64,000 nt of DNA from a virus (IMGVR_UViG_2623621019_000004:5054-69053), one strand, 5' to 3'; shown: positions 38,901 to 49,221, counted from the first letter of the stretch. Notes: generated by a model not told the origin, from the letters alone. Numbers and translations are program-made.

Positions 38901-41900
38901 AAGGTGCTGCTGATGACGCGCAGAAAACAGCTGACGATGCAAATACTGCTGCGGGAAAGGCTCAGACATCTGCTGATAATGCCCAAAAATCAGCAAATAC
39001 AGCAAATCAGGGAGTCAAGGATGCAGCCAGTGCTGCAAAAAAGGCTGATGATAAGGCAGCTGCTGCACAGAAAAAGGCAGATGAAGCCTACAACAAAGCT
39101 GCCACATTCAACTATTTGTCTCAGGCTCTCAGTAGCTCGACAGAGATTGATGGTGGACTGATTCTTTCAACCTTGATTGCTCTGCGTGACAAGTCAGGTG
39201 CAATATGGAGTGGTATCAATGGAGCATACAACGAAGATGACGAGACCGTCGAGGGCGGTGCGTTAGGCCATGGTATTGCAGCTTGGTATGGTGGCAGAAT
39301 GATTGACCACGAGGCTACCCCTACCCTTGCTGACTACGCTAAGATTCTGTTCCGTCACGATGGTTCGGGTTACTTGGCTGGTGGCAACATTTCTTGGAAT
39401 AAACTTGGTAAGGTTACCATCAAAGACATCTACACCGACGTAAGCGGTAGCGAGAAGAAACTGGGCACAATGCTGAATGACCTTATGACATTCAACAATG
39501 CTTTCCATTTCAGATTGAATGGTAACAATGTGCTCGGCATCGTCCCACAGGTTACATTTGACAATCTTTCGATTGGCGGCAATGCTGTAGCTACACAGAA
39601 ATGGGTTAATGAAACTTTCGTTACCAAGGCATTCTTCGACAACATCTTCCGTTTGTACAATGGTTATGGTTCCTCTGCCAGTAAGATTGCTGTAAATGGC
39701 AGTCTGCCATCAGATACGAGCAAGCTAAATATCGAGGCGGTGTTCAGCTTCTGGACAAAAAAGGCTATTGCTTCACTCGGCCAGGGTGATGATGGTTCTA
39801 CAACTTATTCAGCACTTGCTCAACTCAACGATGTAAAAGTCAGCAGCCCTGCTGTTGACCAAGTTCTTGCTTTCAATGGCACACACTGGTACAACAAAAC
39901 ACTTGAGCTTGGCTCGTTGACACTTGCTGGGCTTTCTGATGTGGCTATCAGTAATCCAGCAGCCAATCAGATGTTGGCTTACGATGCCACGAATAAAAAG
40001 TGGGTTAATATTGCAGTACCTGCTACTGGTGTAACATCTGTAGGTCTTACAATGCCGACTGGTTTTAGCGTAGCAAGCAGCCCGATTACAGCGAAAGGAA
40101 CACTTGCAGTAACCTTTACAAGCGGTTACTCTTTGCCTACTACTGCAAAGCAGACTAACTGGGACAAAGCCTACGGTTGGGGTAACCATGCTTCTGCTGG
40201 CTATGTTAAGTCAGTAAAGATTGGCACTACATCATACAGCCCTGCAAGCGGTGTTATTACGCTGCCTGCCTATCCAACCGACTACTATAGCAATGCTACT
40301 TCACGTACGGCAAACTATGTTCTTGCAGCACCTGACGGAGAGGCTGGCGTTGCAACATTCCGTGCTTTGGTGGCAGCGGACATCCCATCGCTGACAAAGA
40401 GTAAGATTTCAGACTTCCCAACTACTTGGGCATGGTCTGCGATTACTGGTAAGCCTACCACTTGGGCTTGGGCATCAATAACTGGCAAACCAACCACCAT
40501 CGCTGGCTACGGAATCACTGATGCAAAGATTGCTGACGGTGTTATTACCATCGGCGCGAACACAATCAAGCCCCTCACAAGTCACCAGAGCCTCGCTGCT
40601 TATACCAAGACTGCCAACTATAAGGGATTACGATTCTTGGTTGGCGAGAATGCTATTGGCTCTTACTCTCCGACCTCGGCTCTTGATTTGCTCTTTGCTG
40701 CAGGCTCAAACATCGCTTTGACTATTGATGATAAGACGCATACGCTGACTATCGCCAACACATATTCATATAGCCATCCTACGGGCGGGGCAAATACTAC
40801 TATTGCTGCTTCCAATGGCAAAGTACTGAGCGCAATCACCGTAAATAGTCTCGGTCATGTAACAAGTGTATCGTCTAAGGCTCTCGCTGCTGCTGACATT
40901 CCAAATTTGAGCGGAACATACGCTGCTGTTAGTCGTGTATCAGCACTGGAAGGTTACTTCACAAACGGAGTGGCCAAGAAAGCCGTACAGCTAAACACAG
41001 CCCGCTCTCTGTGGGGTAACAGTTTCAATGGTACTGGCGACATCAACGGCAATATCGTAATGAACACTGCCAACGGTACATTCATTCAGATTGGCGGCAT
41101 CCGCATTGTCTACGATTCTGCCAACAATGCCCTGAAGGTTGTGAAAAGTGATGGTACTACAGCTGCTAACTTCTATGCAACTGGTGGTTTGGCTTCGCTT
41201 GGCGAAACAACAGATGGCTCTGCTGGTGTAGGCGATGTAACTTGGGCTTTACTTGAAAGTGATAAAGATACAAGACAGGTCGCTCATAGTCATTTGACTA
41301 CGGCTTTAAGTACATATGCCACACAGGCTTGGGTATCGGAAAACTTCAATAAGTTCAATCTACCTGCTGCTACTGCTGACGTTCTCGGTGGTGTGAAAGT
41401 TGGCTACGCAACAAGCGGTAAGAATTATGCCGTTCAGCTTGATGGCGACAATAAGATGTTTGTTAATGTCCCTTGGACAGATAACAATAATTACAACTAT
41501 GTAAAAATCATCCAAAGCGACCCATCGTCCCTTACAAGCTATTGGCTGACGTTAGCAAGCGGTACTGGTGATAAACAGCTAAATATTAACGATAGTATAA
41601 AATACAAAGCATTATCAGGTAGTACTTCGGTATTGGGACGCGCTGAGTTGTATATTGGTAATAGTATTGCCAAAGGAAAGGCAAAGAATATGGAGGGAAA
41701 ACTCTTCATATACTCGTCGACAGCAAATGCTGCCGTAATAGCATGTGCAGCATTAACAGCTACAAGAAATTTCACCCTTCCTGATAAAACTGGCACATTC
41801 GCTATGGTTAGCGATATTCCCACCGATAATAGTCAGTTGGCAAACGGTGCAGGGTATCTTAAATCCATCTCGGCTGCTACATCAAGTTCTTATGGTGGTA

Positions 41901-44900
41901 TAAAAACTGGTTATACTGCAAGTGGTAAGAATTATGCTGTTGTTCTGAACGATGACGGACAAGCATACGTTAATGTTCCGTGGACTAATACAACTTACAC
42001 CTTCACTAATAAAGGTGCTAAACTCGCATGGGATACGACATCGACCATTGCTACTGTTGGTGGTGTAGACATCAAGGTGACAATGCCCGCCAATCCAAAT
42101 ACTGACCATTATGCATGGAGTGATATAACTGGAAAACCTTCGTTCAACTACCTGCCTTTGAGTGGTGGAACTTTGACAGGTGACCTCGTCCTATCAAAGC
42201 TGATTATGTATGGTGGCACGGATGGTACAAGGGAGTTTTCGATAACCAAAACGGATGGCGGAAAAAACATTGATATAGCTTGGAATTGGCGTAACAATGA
42301 TGGTGCTGGTTTGGCCTTGCGTTCTGTTGATATGGAAAGTGGCGCATTTGCTCTTTGGGCTAAGAGTAGCGGCGGTTATAAGCAGTTATGGGGTAATGCA
42401 AACGGCACTCTCACTTGGGATGGTAATACTGTTCTTACCGCTAAGAATAGTTCTGTATCGCTTAATGGTTCTACGCTGACAGTCAAAATCAATGGTGAAA
42501 TTAAGTCGCTGACAAATACCGATACCACCTATTCAGCGAACAATGGTGTTGGCTTAAGTGGTACAACATTCTACAATAGCGGTGTTCGTGCAGCAACGAT
42601 CAACGGCAACTATCTGCGAATTAACACCAATGGTACAAATGCCGACTTAACTATCCCATATGCTACTTCAGCAGGTAGCGTGGCTTGGAGTAATGTTACT
42701 GGCAAACCAGCTTTCAATTATCTGCCTCTGAGCGGTGGAACTCTAACTGGGTTGCTTACCGCTAATGGTGGTGTAACTATTGCTTCATCTAAAACTCTGA
42801 AGATTGGTGATATTTACATTGGTTATGATGCAGAGGCTAATGCTATCGAAATCTACAAACTCGATGGTACTACCCATATTGCAGCAAATCTCTACGCAAG
42901 AGGCGGTGTTGCTTCTTTGGGTGAAATCACCGATGGTAGCGCAGGTGTGGGCGACGTAACTTGGGATTTGTTAGCAAATGATTCAGATACGCGCCAAGTC
43001 GCCTTAAGTCATCTTACTACAGCTCTCAGCACTTATGCAACACTGGATTGGGTTAACAACCATTTCGGTTATACCGCAAGCGGCAAGAACTACGCTGTTC
43101 AACTTGATACCAACGGCAAAATGTTTGTCAACGTACCTTGGACAGATAATAACACTACCTACTCTGCCGCCACTCAGTCTGCCAACGGCCTTATGAGCGC
43201 GGCTGACAAGAAGAAACTCGATGGTATTGCTGCTGGTGCCAATAAATACACCTATACTTTGCCTACTGCAACTGCTGACGTATTGGGTGGTATCAAGATA
43301 GGATATACCAATAGCGGCAAGAACTATGCAGTTGCATTAGATGCTAACGGCAACGCGTACGTGAATGTGCCATGGACTGACAATAATACTACCTATTCGT
43401 TCGTAAATAAAGGTGCAACATTAGCTTGGGGCGCAACAGCTACTATTGCGACTGTCGGTGGTGTGGATATCAAAGTTACCATGCCAGGCAATCCTGATAC
43501 AAACACTTGGCGACCTCTTGGCACAGGTGCTAATGATGCTTGTGCAGGTAATGATGCTCGTCTAAGCAATGCCCGTCCTGCATCAGATGTGTACGCTTGG
43601 GCCAAGGCTGCTACAAAACCAAGCTATGCATGGAGTGAAATTACTGGTAAACCTTCGCTTAACTATCTACCTTTGGCTGGTGGTACTCTCACGGGATTAC
43701 TAACCGCCAATGCTGGTATTGCCATTGCATCGTCTAAGACATTGAAGATTGGCGATATCTACCTTGGTTACGATTCGGATAATAACGCGATCGAGATTTA
43801 CAAACTCGGTGAGGACGATGCTCATATTGCTGCTGATTTGTACACAAGAGGTGGTATTACAGCATTAGGCGAAACCGCAGATGGAATTGCAGGCTCAGGC
43901 ACTGGCGATGTTACATGGGCTTTGTTGGAAAGTGACTCTGATACTCGTCAGATTAGCCATAAGCACCTTACAACTGCTCTAAGCATCTATGCTCAGAAGT
44001 CAGAGGCCATCAAGAATATTACTCGTAACGGAACTACCTTTACTGCTACAAGGGCAGATGGTACAACATTCACATTTACACAGCAGGATAACGACCACTA
44101 TGCTTGGTCGGACATTACTGGTAAGCCAAGCACATTTGCTCCGTCGGCTCATAATCACGCAAGTTTGAATGGTCACGATCTTCGTACAACAAACAATGCC
44201 CCTTCATGGTACATGAGCAATGTAGGTGCCGCTTCTATATATACAGAATTCTGTCAGACTGGCGGTGCTACTACAGATTTTGAGAACAGAACGACTTTCA
44301 CTCCTTGGGGAGATAATAGCGGACAAAGACCTGTACAGTTGGCTTTCAACAATCACGGAATGTTCATGAGAACTTCTGCGTCTGATACCGCTTGGAACAG
44401 CTGGAACAAGATTGTTCATTCGGGGAATTTTAGCGATTATGGAATCCTTGCAAGTGAGAAGAGTAAACTATTCGTTAATTATTTAACAGACGTAAAGTCC
44501 TATTATGACGGAAAATATACCACTCTAAAATCGGGTGCGTATTTAATAGGTTTTGGTGGTTACACTGGCTCTCTGTTACATTTTCAAATGGATGGTAGCT
44601 GTTCTGGCTTAGATATATGTATTCCTCACTATTCAGGTACAGATATTTTTATAAGAAAAACCGTAGATAGTGCTCGCTTTGAAAGAACGTCATGGACGAA
44701 GCTTATTACTGTAGATAATATCGGTCAATATGCTTCAAGTGGTGGCGGTTCTTACAATGGTGGTAATATAGCAGGCACTTTTAGTTCATCTAATGGTGTT
44801 CCACTTCAGTTTACTGGAGTAGGTTCGGGCACATACAATGTGTGTCAGTGGTATTGTCAAAGTAATGGTATTACCTTAGAAACACCAAGAGCAACCGATT

Positions 44901-45943
44901 CACCATCTGCAACAAGCCTCCCATTTATGGTTAAAACAAGAGGTGGCCAATACGGAACTTTAAAGGCTGGTGATGTATGGGTTGATGGTACTTTGTATGT
45001 TAAAGAAGGATACGGAGTTGAGTCGAGACCTTCTGGTGACGGACTTTTGGTTTATCATCCATATAGCTATACTGGAGTAGCAAGTAGCCAATGGGGTGTC
45101 GGTGCCGTTTCTTGCCAAGGAGTTATCCGTAGTGACAATTCAGACTTATTACACTATAAAGGCAACGATTGGTATACAATCCTCGACACCTCTAATGGCA
45201 TACATAAGCATAATATGGTGTCATCTAATGGAAATATTCCAACATGGGGAACACTTACTGCTGGTAATGGTTATTCAGCAGGTGCTATATGGAATTTCCC
45301 AGGCGGTAGTGATTTGGCATTTGCCTACAAGAGTGGCCAAGTAAGTATGCAGGTCGATGGATATTTCTATCAAAATGAGGGTAATTATAGAGTGTGCGAT
45401 GTGAGCGGTTTCACCATGAATACTGGCGCAAGAATAAGCTTTGGAAATACAGGCACACTTATTATTGGCAACAGCAATAATGGAGGTTGGTTGATGCTTC
45501 AAGATGTATGTTCGATGAATGGCACAGCCGAAACCTATTGGAGTATCCGCACCAATGGTAATGCAGTATTCCAAAATGTTACTTCGAATGGTAGCTTGTC
45601 TGCCCTCTCTGATAAGCGTCATAAGCGCATTCTTAGCAAGGTTGAACTAACTGTAGAACGTTTGGCTGCAATGCCTACTATCAGATACAAATGGTGTGAT
45701 GGTCGAGCAGACAAATCTATCTACGCAGGTTCCATTGCTCAGGATTGGCAGACAGTACTCCCTGAAGTTGTAAAAAAGGCTGATGATGTTGAGGGAACAC
45801 TCTCTTTGGATTACGGTGTAGCCGCTTTGGTTGCAGCTATTTCTACAGCCCGCAAGGTCGTTGACCACGAACGCAGAATCAAGGAACTTGAACGTGAAAA
45901 TTTAGAGTTAAGACAACAATTAAACAAATTAATAAAAGGATAA
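35948..45943 (+). CDS. Giant tail tip/fibre protein with C-terminal intramolecular chaperone (peptidase S74-like)
   Basis: N-terminal tail-hub region (IVTRLRAYGS), coiled coil, repeated fibre modules, SDKRHK...GSIAQD...LDY...coiled-coil end. Confidence 0.88.
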   Translation: MAKWTIFDKHGVAKVSVVELELRDEWMAECYLTVTIRSATPIKFAIGDYIDYRGERYTIQYDPNVLKKASSGSYGEGFTYSNIKFVGLQDEIVRCDFNDIVLRDNQMHYTALPTFPFYCETVDDLLDRIQANLEELYPAQWTIIGLNTLRNKQRGTAVNRLKAFTDAYKTYIDQTEATKTEPYGKVGVAETVDKITCWDALKKVHDDFGLNFIIRGRVIIVGTAGVFTASKFRYGKGNGLYEIERIAESDQQIVTRLRAYGSEDNLPSRYYANTTEDMPNNMAVSKLMLPGFPTQSLADWVDAHKNAAGYEWLLDAVNEGFAFSKDAHRPYIDSPNIKEYGIRPSSIIFDGSEDKENIHPTIEGMVYDGKAIDEIYAADQIEDNGVSTENPNNFKITLPALGFDLGKVYEDSASIDIKNGMCGARSFKMVSAPTKNSDGRWVCTVERVHDDVLDLWFPYNDFQIKQGDKFVLTGIKLPDEYISSASVKLFKASIEALRKNHAPRYTYQPRIDEIWMQRQHDLAVSSDGTTSLHDTLKAGDIFSFADDDLAIDANIIIDVLTIKENGNNGVPTYEVTLRDEKQVGTMQKITNKIDSAFTNAVTTAVGGGLTSRQVQRLIERFGSEQFLSKLDDDTAAGFIKMLKGLQIGNSYVPGLLGEGGVLRMDADGKTYLEADKMYIRMKAYFDSVEVREYKHSVGNRVASPAGAKCVRVEWLGANNKVLEQTNANLKSVKKFRCFFRASDGEDTTRNNFVVGDQIYCHVTTVAGSSDNPESKGQNQKHYWRLCVGCNTEGTLTKDGEAWIDLSNNTTETISSKSYTGYQTGSDIPEAQDSMIQLGNVNDTTRQGAIIEFVSGNNAPAYQIYQGINSFSLNGKSMITMGYNSATGKAELKVHGNAYIGDPNGSAFLSYDSAKKELKIKAKVEILPNGSTIGNKTFAEYIKENQNNYDDSALQTLLANKYLGLLTGGSISQSIGDAQDAADKAQGAADDAQKTADDANTAAGKAQTSADNAQKSANTANQGVKDAASAAKKADDKAAAAQKKADEAYNKAATFNYLSQALSSSTEIDGGLILSTLIALRDKSGAIWSGINGAYNEDDETVEGGALGHGIAAWYGGRMIDHEATPTLADYAKILFRHDGSGYLAGGNISWNKLGKVTIKDIYTDVSGSEKKLGTMLNDLMTFNNAFHFRLNGNNVLGIVPQVTFDNLSIGGNAVATQKWVNETFVTKAFFDNIFRLYNGYGSSASKIAVNGSLPSDTSKLNIEAVFSFWTKKAIASLGQGDDGSTTYSALAQLNDVKVSSPAVDQVLAFNGTHWYNKTLELGSLTLAGLSDVAISNPAANQMLAYDATNKKWVNIAVPATGVTSVGLTMPTGFSVASSPITAKGTLAVTFTSGYSLPTTAKQTNWDKAYGWGNHASAGYVKSVKIGTTSYSPASGVITLPAYPTDYYSNATSRTANYVLAAPDGEAGVATFRALVAADIPSLTKSKISDFPTTWAWSAITGKPTTWAWASITGKPTTIAGYGITDAKIADGVITIGANTIKPLTSHQSLAAYTKTANYKGLRFLVGENAIGSYSPTSALDLLFAAGSNIALTIDDKTHTLTIANTYSYSHPTGGANTTIAASNGKVLSAITVNSLGHVTSVSSKALAAADIPNLSGTYAAVSRVSALEGYFTNGVAKKAVQLNTARSLWGNSFNGTGDINGNIVMNTANGTFIQIGGIRIVYDSANNALKVVKSDGTTAANFYATGGLASLGETTDGSAGVGDVTWALLESDKDTRQVAHSHLTTALSTYATQAWVSENFNKFNLPAATADVLGGVKVGYATSGKNYAVQLDGDNKMFVNVPWTDNNNYNYVKIIQSDPSSLTSYWLTLASGTGDKQLNINDSIKYKALSGSTSVLGRAELYIGNSIAKGKAKNMEGKLFIYSSTANAAVIACAALTATRNFTLPDKTGTFAMVSDIPTDNSQLANGAGYLKSISAATSSSYGGIKTGYTASGKNYAVVLNDDGQAYVNVPWTNTTYTFTNKGAKLAWDTTSTIATVGGVDIKVTMPANPNTDHYAWSDITGKPSFNYLPLSGGTLTGDLVLSKLIMYGGTDGTREFSITKTDGGKNIDIAWNWRNNDGAGLALRSVDMESGAFALWAKSSGGYKQLWGNANGTLTWDGNTVLTAKNSSVSLNGSTLTVKINGEIKSLTNTDTTYSANNGVGLSGTTFYNSGVRAATINGNYLRINTNGTNADLTIPYATSAGSVAWSNVTGKPAFNYLPLSGGTLTGLLTANGGVTIASSKTLKIGDIYIGYDAEANAIEIYKLDGTTHIAANLYARGGVASLGEITDGSAGVGDVTWDLLANDSDTRQVALSHLTTALSTYATLDWVNNHFGYTASGKNYAVQLDTNGKMFVNVPWTDNNTTYSAATQSANGLMSAADKKKLDGIAAGANKYTYTLPTATADVLGGIKIGYTNSGKNYAVALDANGNAYVNVPWTDNNTTYSFVNKGATLAWGATATIATVGGVDIKVTMPGNPDTNTWRPLGTGANDACAGNDARLSNARPASDVYAWAKAATKPSYAWSEITGKPSLNYLPLAGGTLTGLLTANAGIAIASSKTLKIGDIYLGYDSDNNAIEIYKLGEDDAHIAADLYTRGGITALGETADGIAGSGTGDVTWALLESDSDTRQISHKHLTTALSIYAQKSEAIKNITRNGTTFTATRADGTTFTFTQQDNDHYAWSDITGKPSTFAPSAHNHASLNGHDLRTTNNAPSWYMSNVGAASIYTEFCQTGGATTDFENRTTFTPWGDNSGQRPVQLAFNNHGMFMRTSASDTAWNSWNKIVHSGNFSDYGILASEKSKLFVNYLTDVKSYYDGKYTTLKSGAYLIGFGGYTGSLLHFQMDGSCSGLDICIPHYSGTDIFIRKTVDSARFERTSWTKLITVDNIGQYASSGGGSYNGGNIAGTFSSSNGVPLQFTGVGSGTYNVCQWYCQSNGITLETPRATDSPSATSLPFMVKTRGGQYGTLKAGDVWVDGTLYVKEGYGVESRPSGDGLLVYHPYSYTGVASSQWGVGAVSCQGVIRSDNSDLLHYKGNDWYTILDTSNGIHKHNMVSSNGNIPTWGTLTAGNGYSAGAIWNFPGGSDLAFAYKSGQVSMQVDGYFYQNEGNYRVCDVSGFTMNTGARISFGNTGTLIIGNSNNGGWLMLQDVCSMNGTAETYWSIRTNGNAVFQNVTSNGSLSALSDKRHKRILSKVELTVERLAAMPTIRYKWCDGRADKSIYAGSIAQDWQTVLPEVVKKADDVEGTLSLDYGVAALVAAISTARKVVDHERRIKELERENLELRQQLNKLIKG

Positions 45944-45949
45944 CAATCT

Positions 45950-47014
45950 ATGAGTGTAAATAACGGATTAATTACAGCCCCTGTGTCATTGGCCGATGTA
46001 AACAAGGCCCTTGGCACAACCCATACCGTAGTGAATGCGGCATGTGTAGATGAACATATCAATATCTGGTCAAAGTATAAGCCAGTAAAGTTGTCTGCAA
46101 TCCTTACAACGGATCAATGGGATTATTCCACTAACAAATGGAAAGATAATGCTAATTGGTTCCAAGGTTTGGATGGCGCAGTATGTGGCCTTTTGCCCTA
46201 TAAAACATCAGTTTTTGCTGATGTTATTGCCAATACTAAAGGTGGTATGAACGGATGGATATACCAAAGACCTACAGGTGATGCAGCAGGCCCATACCGA
46301 CTACAGGACTTTGCTGGCTATAACCACAATGCGACACCTGCTTGTGAGGCATTTGCTGGTGTTGAAAAAATGGCGAATGGAGGTACATTTGCTGCTGGCT
46401 GCGCAATTGCAGTCAGCGGCAGCTATAATGTCTCGCTTGCAGATTTCGGTACACAAGTATATTTTGGTGTGGCAATTTGTAATAGCAATGGTGGTGTTGT
46501 ATATCATGGAACGGATAGTACTGCAGGTGGTTCGTCTGTTCAGTTTGATAAGTGTGGTATTGGTAATGGCTCTTATACCGCATATCCCTTCTTGTGTACG
46601 GAAAAGATTACCCCCACTTTAGGTTCTTTTTCAAAGAGTTATACGTTTTGGACTGCACCTAACCTATCTCCGTATAAACTTGTTGTTACATCTTCGAGCG
46701 ACCCAGCATTGACGGGTATTACTGCCTCTGGTATGTGGCTTGATAAAAATCACACAAGCTTGCGAGTTACCGTACGCAATACAAAAACTACTCAGACTGG
46801 TAGAATTGTTGTTAAACGAGTTGGTAGAAAATGGAGCGACCCACAACTCACAGACGAGAAATCGTCAGGAACGCTTACGTTTACTGGTAATGGAAACACT
46901 ACACATACTTTTACAGGTATGTCTAATAGCTATAACTATCAGGCATTCGTTGTACTTAGTGGTGGTCAGGTTGTTCCCGTTGGCATGATGGAAGATTTTC
47001 AACCTCAGTTATAG
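45950..47014 (+). CDS. Tail-associated structural protein
   Basis: INIWSKYKPV and PYRLQDFAGYNH motifs; follows fibre gene. Confidence 0.6.
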   Translation: MSVNNGLITAPVSLADVNKALGTTHTVVNAACVDEHINIWSKYKPVKLSAILTTDQWDYSTNKWKDNANWFQGLDGAVCGLLPYKTSVFADVIANTKGGMNGWIYQRPTGDAAGPYRLQDFAGYNHNATPACEAFAGVEKMANGGTFAAGCAIAVSGSYNVSLADFGTQVYFGVAICNSNGGVVYHGTDSTAGGSSVQFDKCGIGNGSYTAYPFLCTEKITPTLGSFSKSYTFWTAPNLSPYKLVVTSSSDPALTGITASGMWLDKNHTSLRVTVRNTKTTQTGRIVVKRVGRKWSDPQLTDEKSSGTLTFTGNGNTTHTFTGMSNSYNYQAFVVLSGGQVVPVGMMEDFQPQL

Positions 47015-47041
47015 AAAAGTAAGATAAAATAACATTTGAAA

Positions 47042-47073
47042 TTTGCTCAGATGGATTTATTTCCATACCTTTG
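47042..47073 (+). promoter_or_regulatory. Bacteroidetes promoter upstream of lysis region
   Basis: TTTG-N20-TACCTTTG. Confidence 0.7.
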
Positions 47074-47144
47074 CAAAAAGGATAACGTAAAATAAATTAG
47101 TATATATAGGATAACATTATTATTTTTTTAAGTGTAAAAAGATT

Positions 47145-47444
47145 ATGTATAAGGTAACAAGTTCAAGTGTAAACACTACTTTTGAGTGTAAGCAGGAAGC
47201 AATTATCGTTCAGGGTAACGTAACAAAGGACGAGCTGACTGGCGAGATTCAGTACATCAATGGCTCTTGCTATCGCCCCAACGAGCAGAACGAAATCGGT
47301 GAACATTTCGGTAACTTCAATGGTTACATGCGTGATGGCGAGCTGAAGTACTCTATTAGTGAGATGAACCGCAAGGATTCGAATCTTGCTTGGGGTGCTA
47401 TCGACGAAATCGAAGCTGAGGTTCTACCCAAGAAGAAAAACTAA
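47145..47444 (+). CDS. Hypothetical protein
   Basis: 99-aa ORF. Confidence 0.75.
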   Translation: MYKVTSSSVNTTFECKQEAIIVQGNVTKDELTGEIQYINGSCYRPNEQNEIGEHFGNFNGYMRDGELKYSISEMNRKDSNLAWGAIDEIEAEVLPKKKN

Positions 47445-47524
47445 GGTGTGGGAGGCTACGGCCTCCTGCCCTATTTCTACAAGAATAATCAGGATAACAA
47501 AATAACAATTTTAAAACAACAATC

Positions 47525-48004
47525 ATGAAGGAAATTAATGTAAAAACATCAGAGATTTTAGCTGCTTACAATGTGTTGAACGGTGCAAAGTTCGGTTCTA
47601 TGGACGATGCCGATAAAGTGAAGGTATGGAAGGTTGCCCGTGCTTTGAAGCCAGTAGCTATCAAGTTCGAAGAGGACAACAAGGACGCAGCAGAGAAGCT
47701 GAAGCCTGAGATCGAGGGTGGTTTCGACGAGACCCTTGCTAAGGCTCAGGAGTATGAGGCACTTGTACGCGAGAATGGCGACATGACCAAGTCTCCCATC
47801 GGTGCCGTTGAGTACAATGCATTCATCGAGGAGTTTAAGAAATACAACGAGCTGGTTGGCAAGGCTATCGAGGAGTTCGCCAACAAGGAGGTAAAACTGT
47901 CGTTCGAGCCTCTGTCAGAGGAAGCATTCGGAAAGCTGATGACAAGCAACCCCGACTGGAAGATGGCTCAGGTTATGCTGTTGGATGGTATTATCAACGA
48001 GTAA
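47525..48004 (+). CDS. Hypothetical protein
   Basis: 159-aa helical ORF, biased codons. Confidence 0.8.
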   Translation: MKEINVKTSEILAAYNVLNGAKFGSMDDADKVKVWKVARALKPVAIKFEEDNKDAAEKLKPEIEGGFDETLAKAQEYEALVRENGDMTKSPIGAVEYNAFIEEFKKYNELVGKAIEEFANKEVKLSFEPLSEEAFGKLMTSNPDWKMAQVMLLDGIINE

Positions 48005-48060
48005 TCACTAATGTCATGATTCCCGAAAGTTGGACTGTTGAAACCACACTCCAGCTGCAT

Positions 48061-48099
48061 AGGGTTAGGCGGTAACACACCCGCCTACCCTTTCTTTTT
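48061..48099 (+). terminator. Intrinsic terminator before holin
   Basis: AGGGTTAGGCGG...CCGCCTACCCT-TTCTTTTT. Confidence 0.7.
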
Positions 48100-48124
48100 A
48101 GGATAACAATTTGAATAACTAAAA

Positions 48125-48688
48125 ATGGATTTAAATTCGAGTAATAAGGTCGCACTATGGGCTGGCATTGGCGGTAGCGAAGCTGGCATCGGTGCGGAAA
48201 TCATGGCAGTGGCTTATGATTTGAGAAGCATGATTCTCTGTTCGATAGTTCTTATCGCAACAGACTTTTGGTGGGGTCACAGCGAATCCATGCAGAGGTA
48301 TGAGGAAGCCAAGGCTAACGGTGATGCCATAGGCATGGAACAGTACAAGTGGCGTAAATCAAGGGCCATACGCAGAACAACCAACAAATTCGTCGATTAC
48401 ATGACCTATCTGCTGGTTGGCGCATACCTTGGCATCGCCATTACAGAGCCTATGGGCTGGGGCTACCACATGTACACAGCAGCTGGCGCACTTGGTATCG
48501 GCTGTCTTGCGGAGATTGCGAGTATCCTTGGACACTACTGCTATCTCAAACTTGGTATCGAGGTCAAGACGAAGGACGTATGGCGTTGGCTTATCCGTTT
48601 CATTGTGAACATCCTCACACTGAGGGGCATGCTGATTGGTAAGGCTGCTGACCAAACAATTAACGATAAAACTAACAAAGATTATTAA
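48125..48688 (+). CDS. Holin
   Basis: Multiple TM segments; D.WWG...SRAIRRT.NK..DY...E..SI pattern; precedes endolysin. Confidence 0.8.
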   Translation: MDLNSSNKVALWAGIGGSEAGIGAEIMAVAYDLRSMILCSIVLIATDFWWGHSESMQRYEEAKANGDAIGMEQYKWRKSRAIRRTTNKFVDYMTYLLVGAYLGIAITEPMGWGYHMYTAAGALGIGCLAEIASILGHYCYLKLGIEVKTKDVWRWLIRFIVNILTLRGMLIGKAADQTINDKTNKDY

Positions 48689-49221
48689 TGATGTTAAAGA
48701 CATTGACAAGAGACGAGGTACTGGTAATCATGCCTCGCGCTGATAAGAGAGTAGATAGATTTTTGCCATACATCAACAAGTACGCTAAGGAGTATGGCGT
48801 GGACACCACATTGCGAATGGCTCATTTCTTGGCACAGGTTGCCCATGAGAGCGGAGAGCTTCAGTATCGCAGGGAGCTGGCCAGCGGAATGAAATACGAG
48901 GGTCGCAAGGATCTGGGCAACACTCACAAGGGAGATGGCCCCAAATACAAGGGACGCGGCCTGATTCAGATTACTGGCCGACACAATTACGCCCTGATTT
49001 CGAAAGACCTGGGTGTGAATTTTGAGGAATACCCTGAGTGGCTTGAGCAGGACGAATGGGCTGTAGCATCGGCCTTTTGGTTTTGGAAGCGCAACAGTCT
49101 GAATACGTTCGCCGATCGTGACGATATTGTTACAGCGACAAAGCGTATCAATGGTGGAACCAATGGCTTGGCAGAGCGCAAGGCTTACCTTGCCAAGGCA
49201 AAGAAAGTGTTTAAGTTATGA
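48688..49221 (+). CDS. Endolysin, glycoside hydrolase family 19
   Basis: FLAQVAHESG, YKGRGLIQITGRHNY, INGGTNG. Confidence 0.92.
   Translation: MMLKTLTRDEVLVIMPRADKRVDRFLPYINKYAKEYGVDTTLRMAHFLAQVAHESGELQYRRELASGMKYEGRKDLGNTHKGDGPKYKGRGLIQITGRHNYALISKDLGVNFEEYPEWLEQDEWAVASAFWFWKRNSLNTFADRDDIVTATKRINGGTNGLAERKAYLAKAKKVFKL

Noticed and set aside
38860-39100. AQxxADxA repeats in the tail protein
   Set aside because: Ordinary coiled-coil heptads of tail fibres
35948-47014. Diversity-generating retroelement or invertible tail-fibre shufflon
   Set aside because: No reverse transcriptase or invertase in the window; repeats differ at synonymous positions rather than adenine-specifically
18587-48984. 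Many long opposite-strand ORFs in the supplied track (e.g. 25672-26556, 29638-30321, 20767-21366)
   Set aside because: Shadow frames of strongly codon-biased structural genes, with no independent signals
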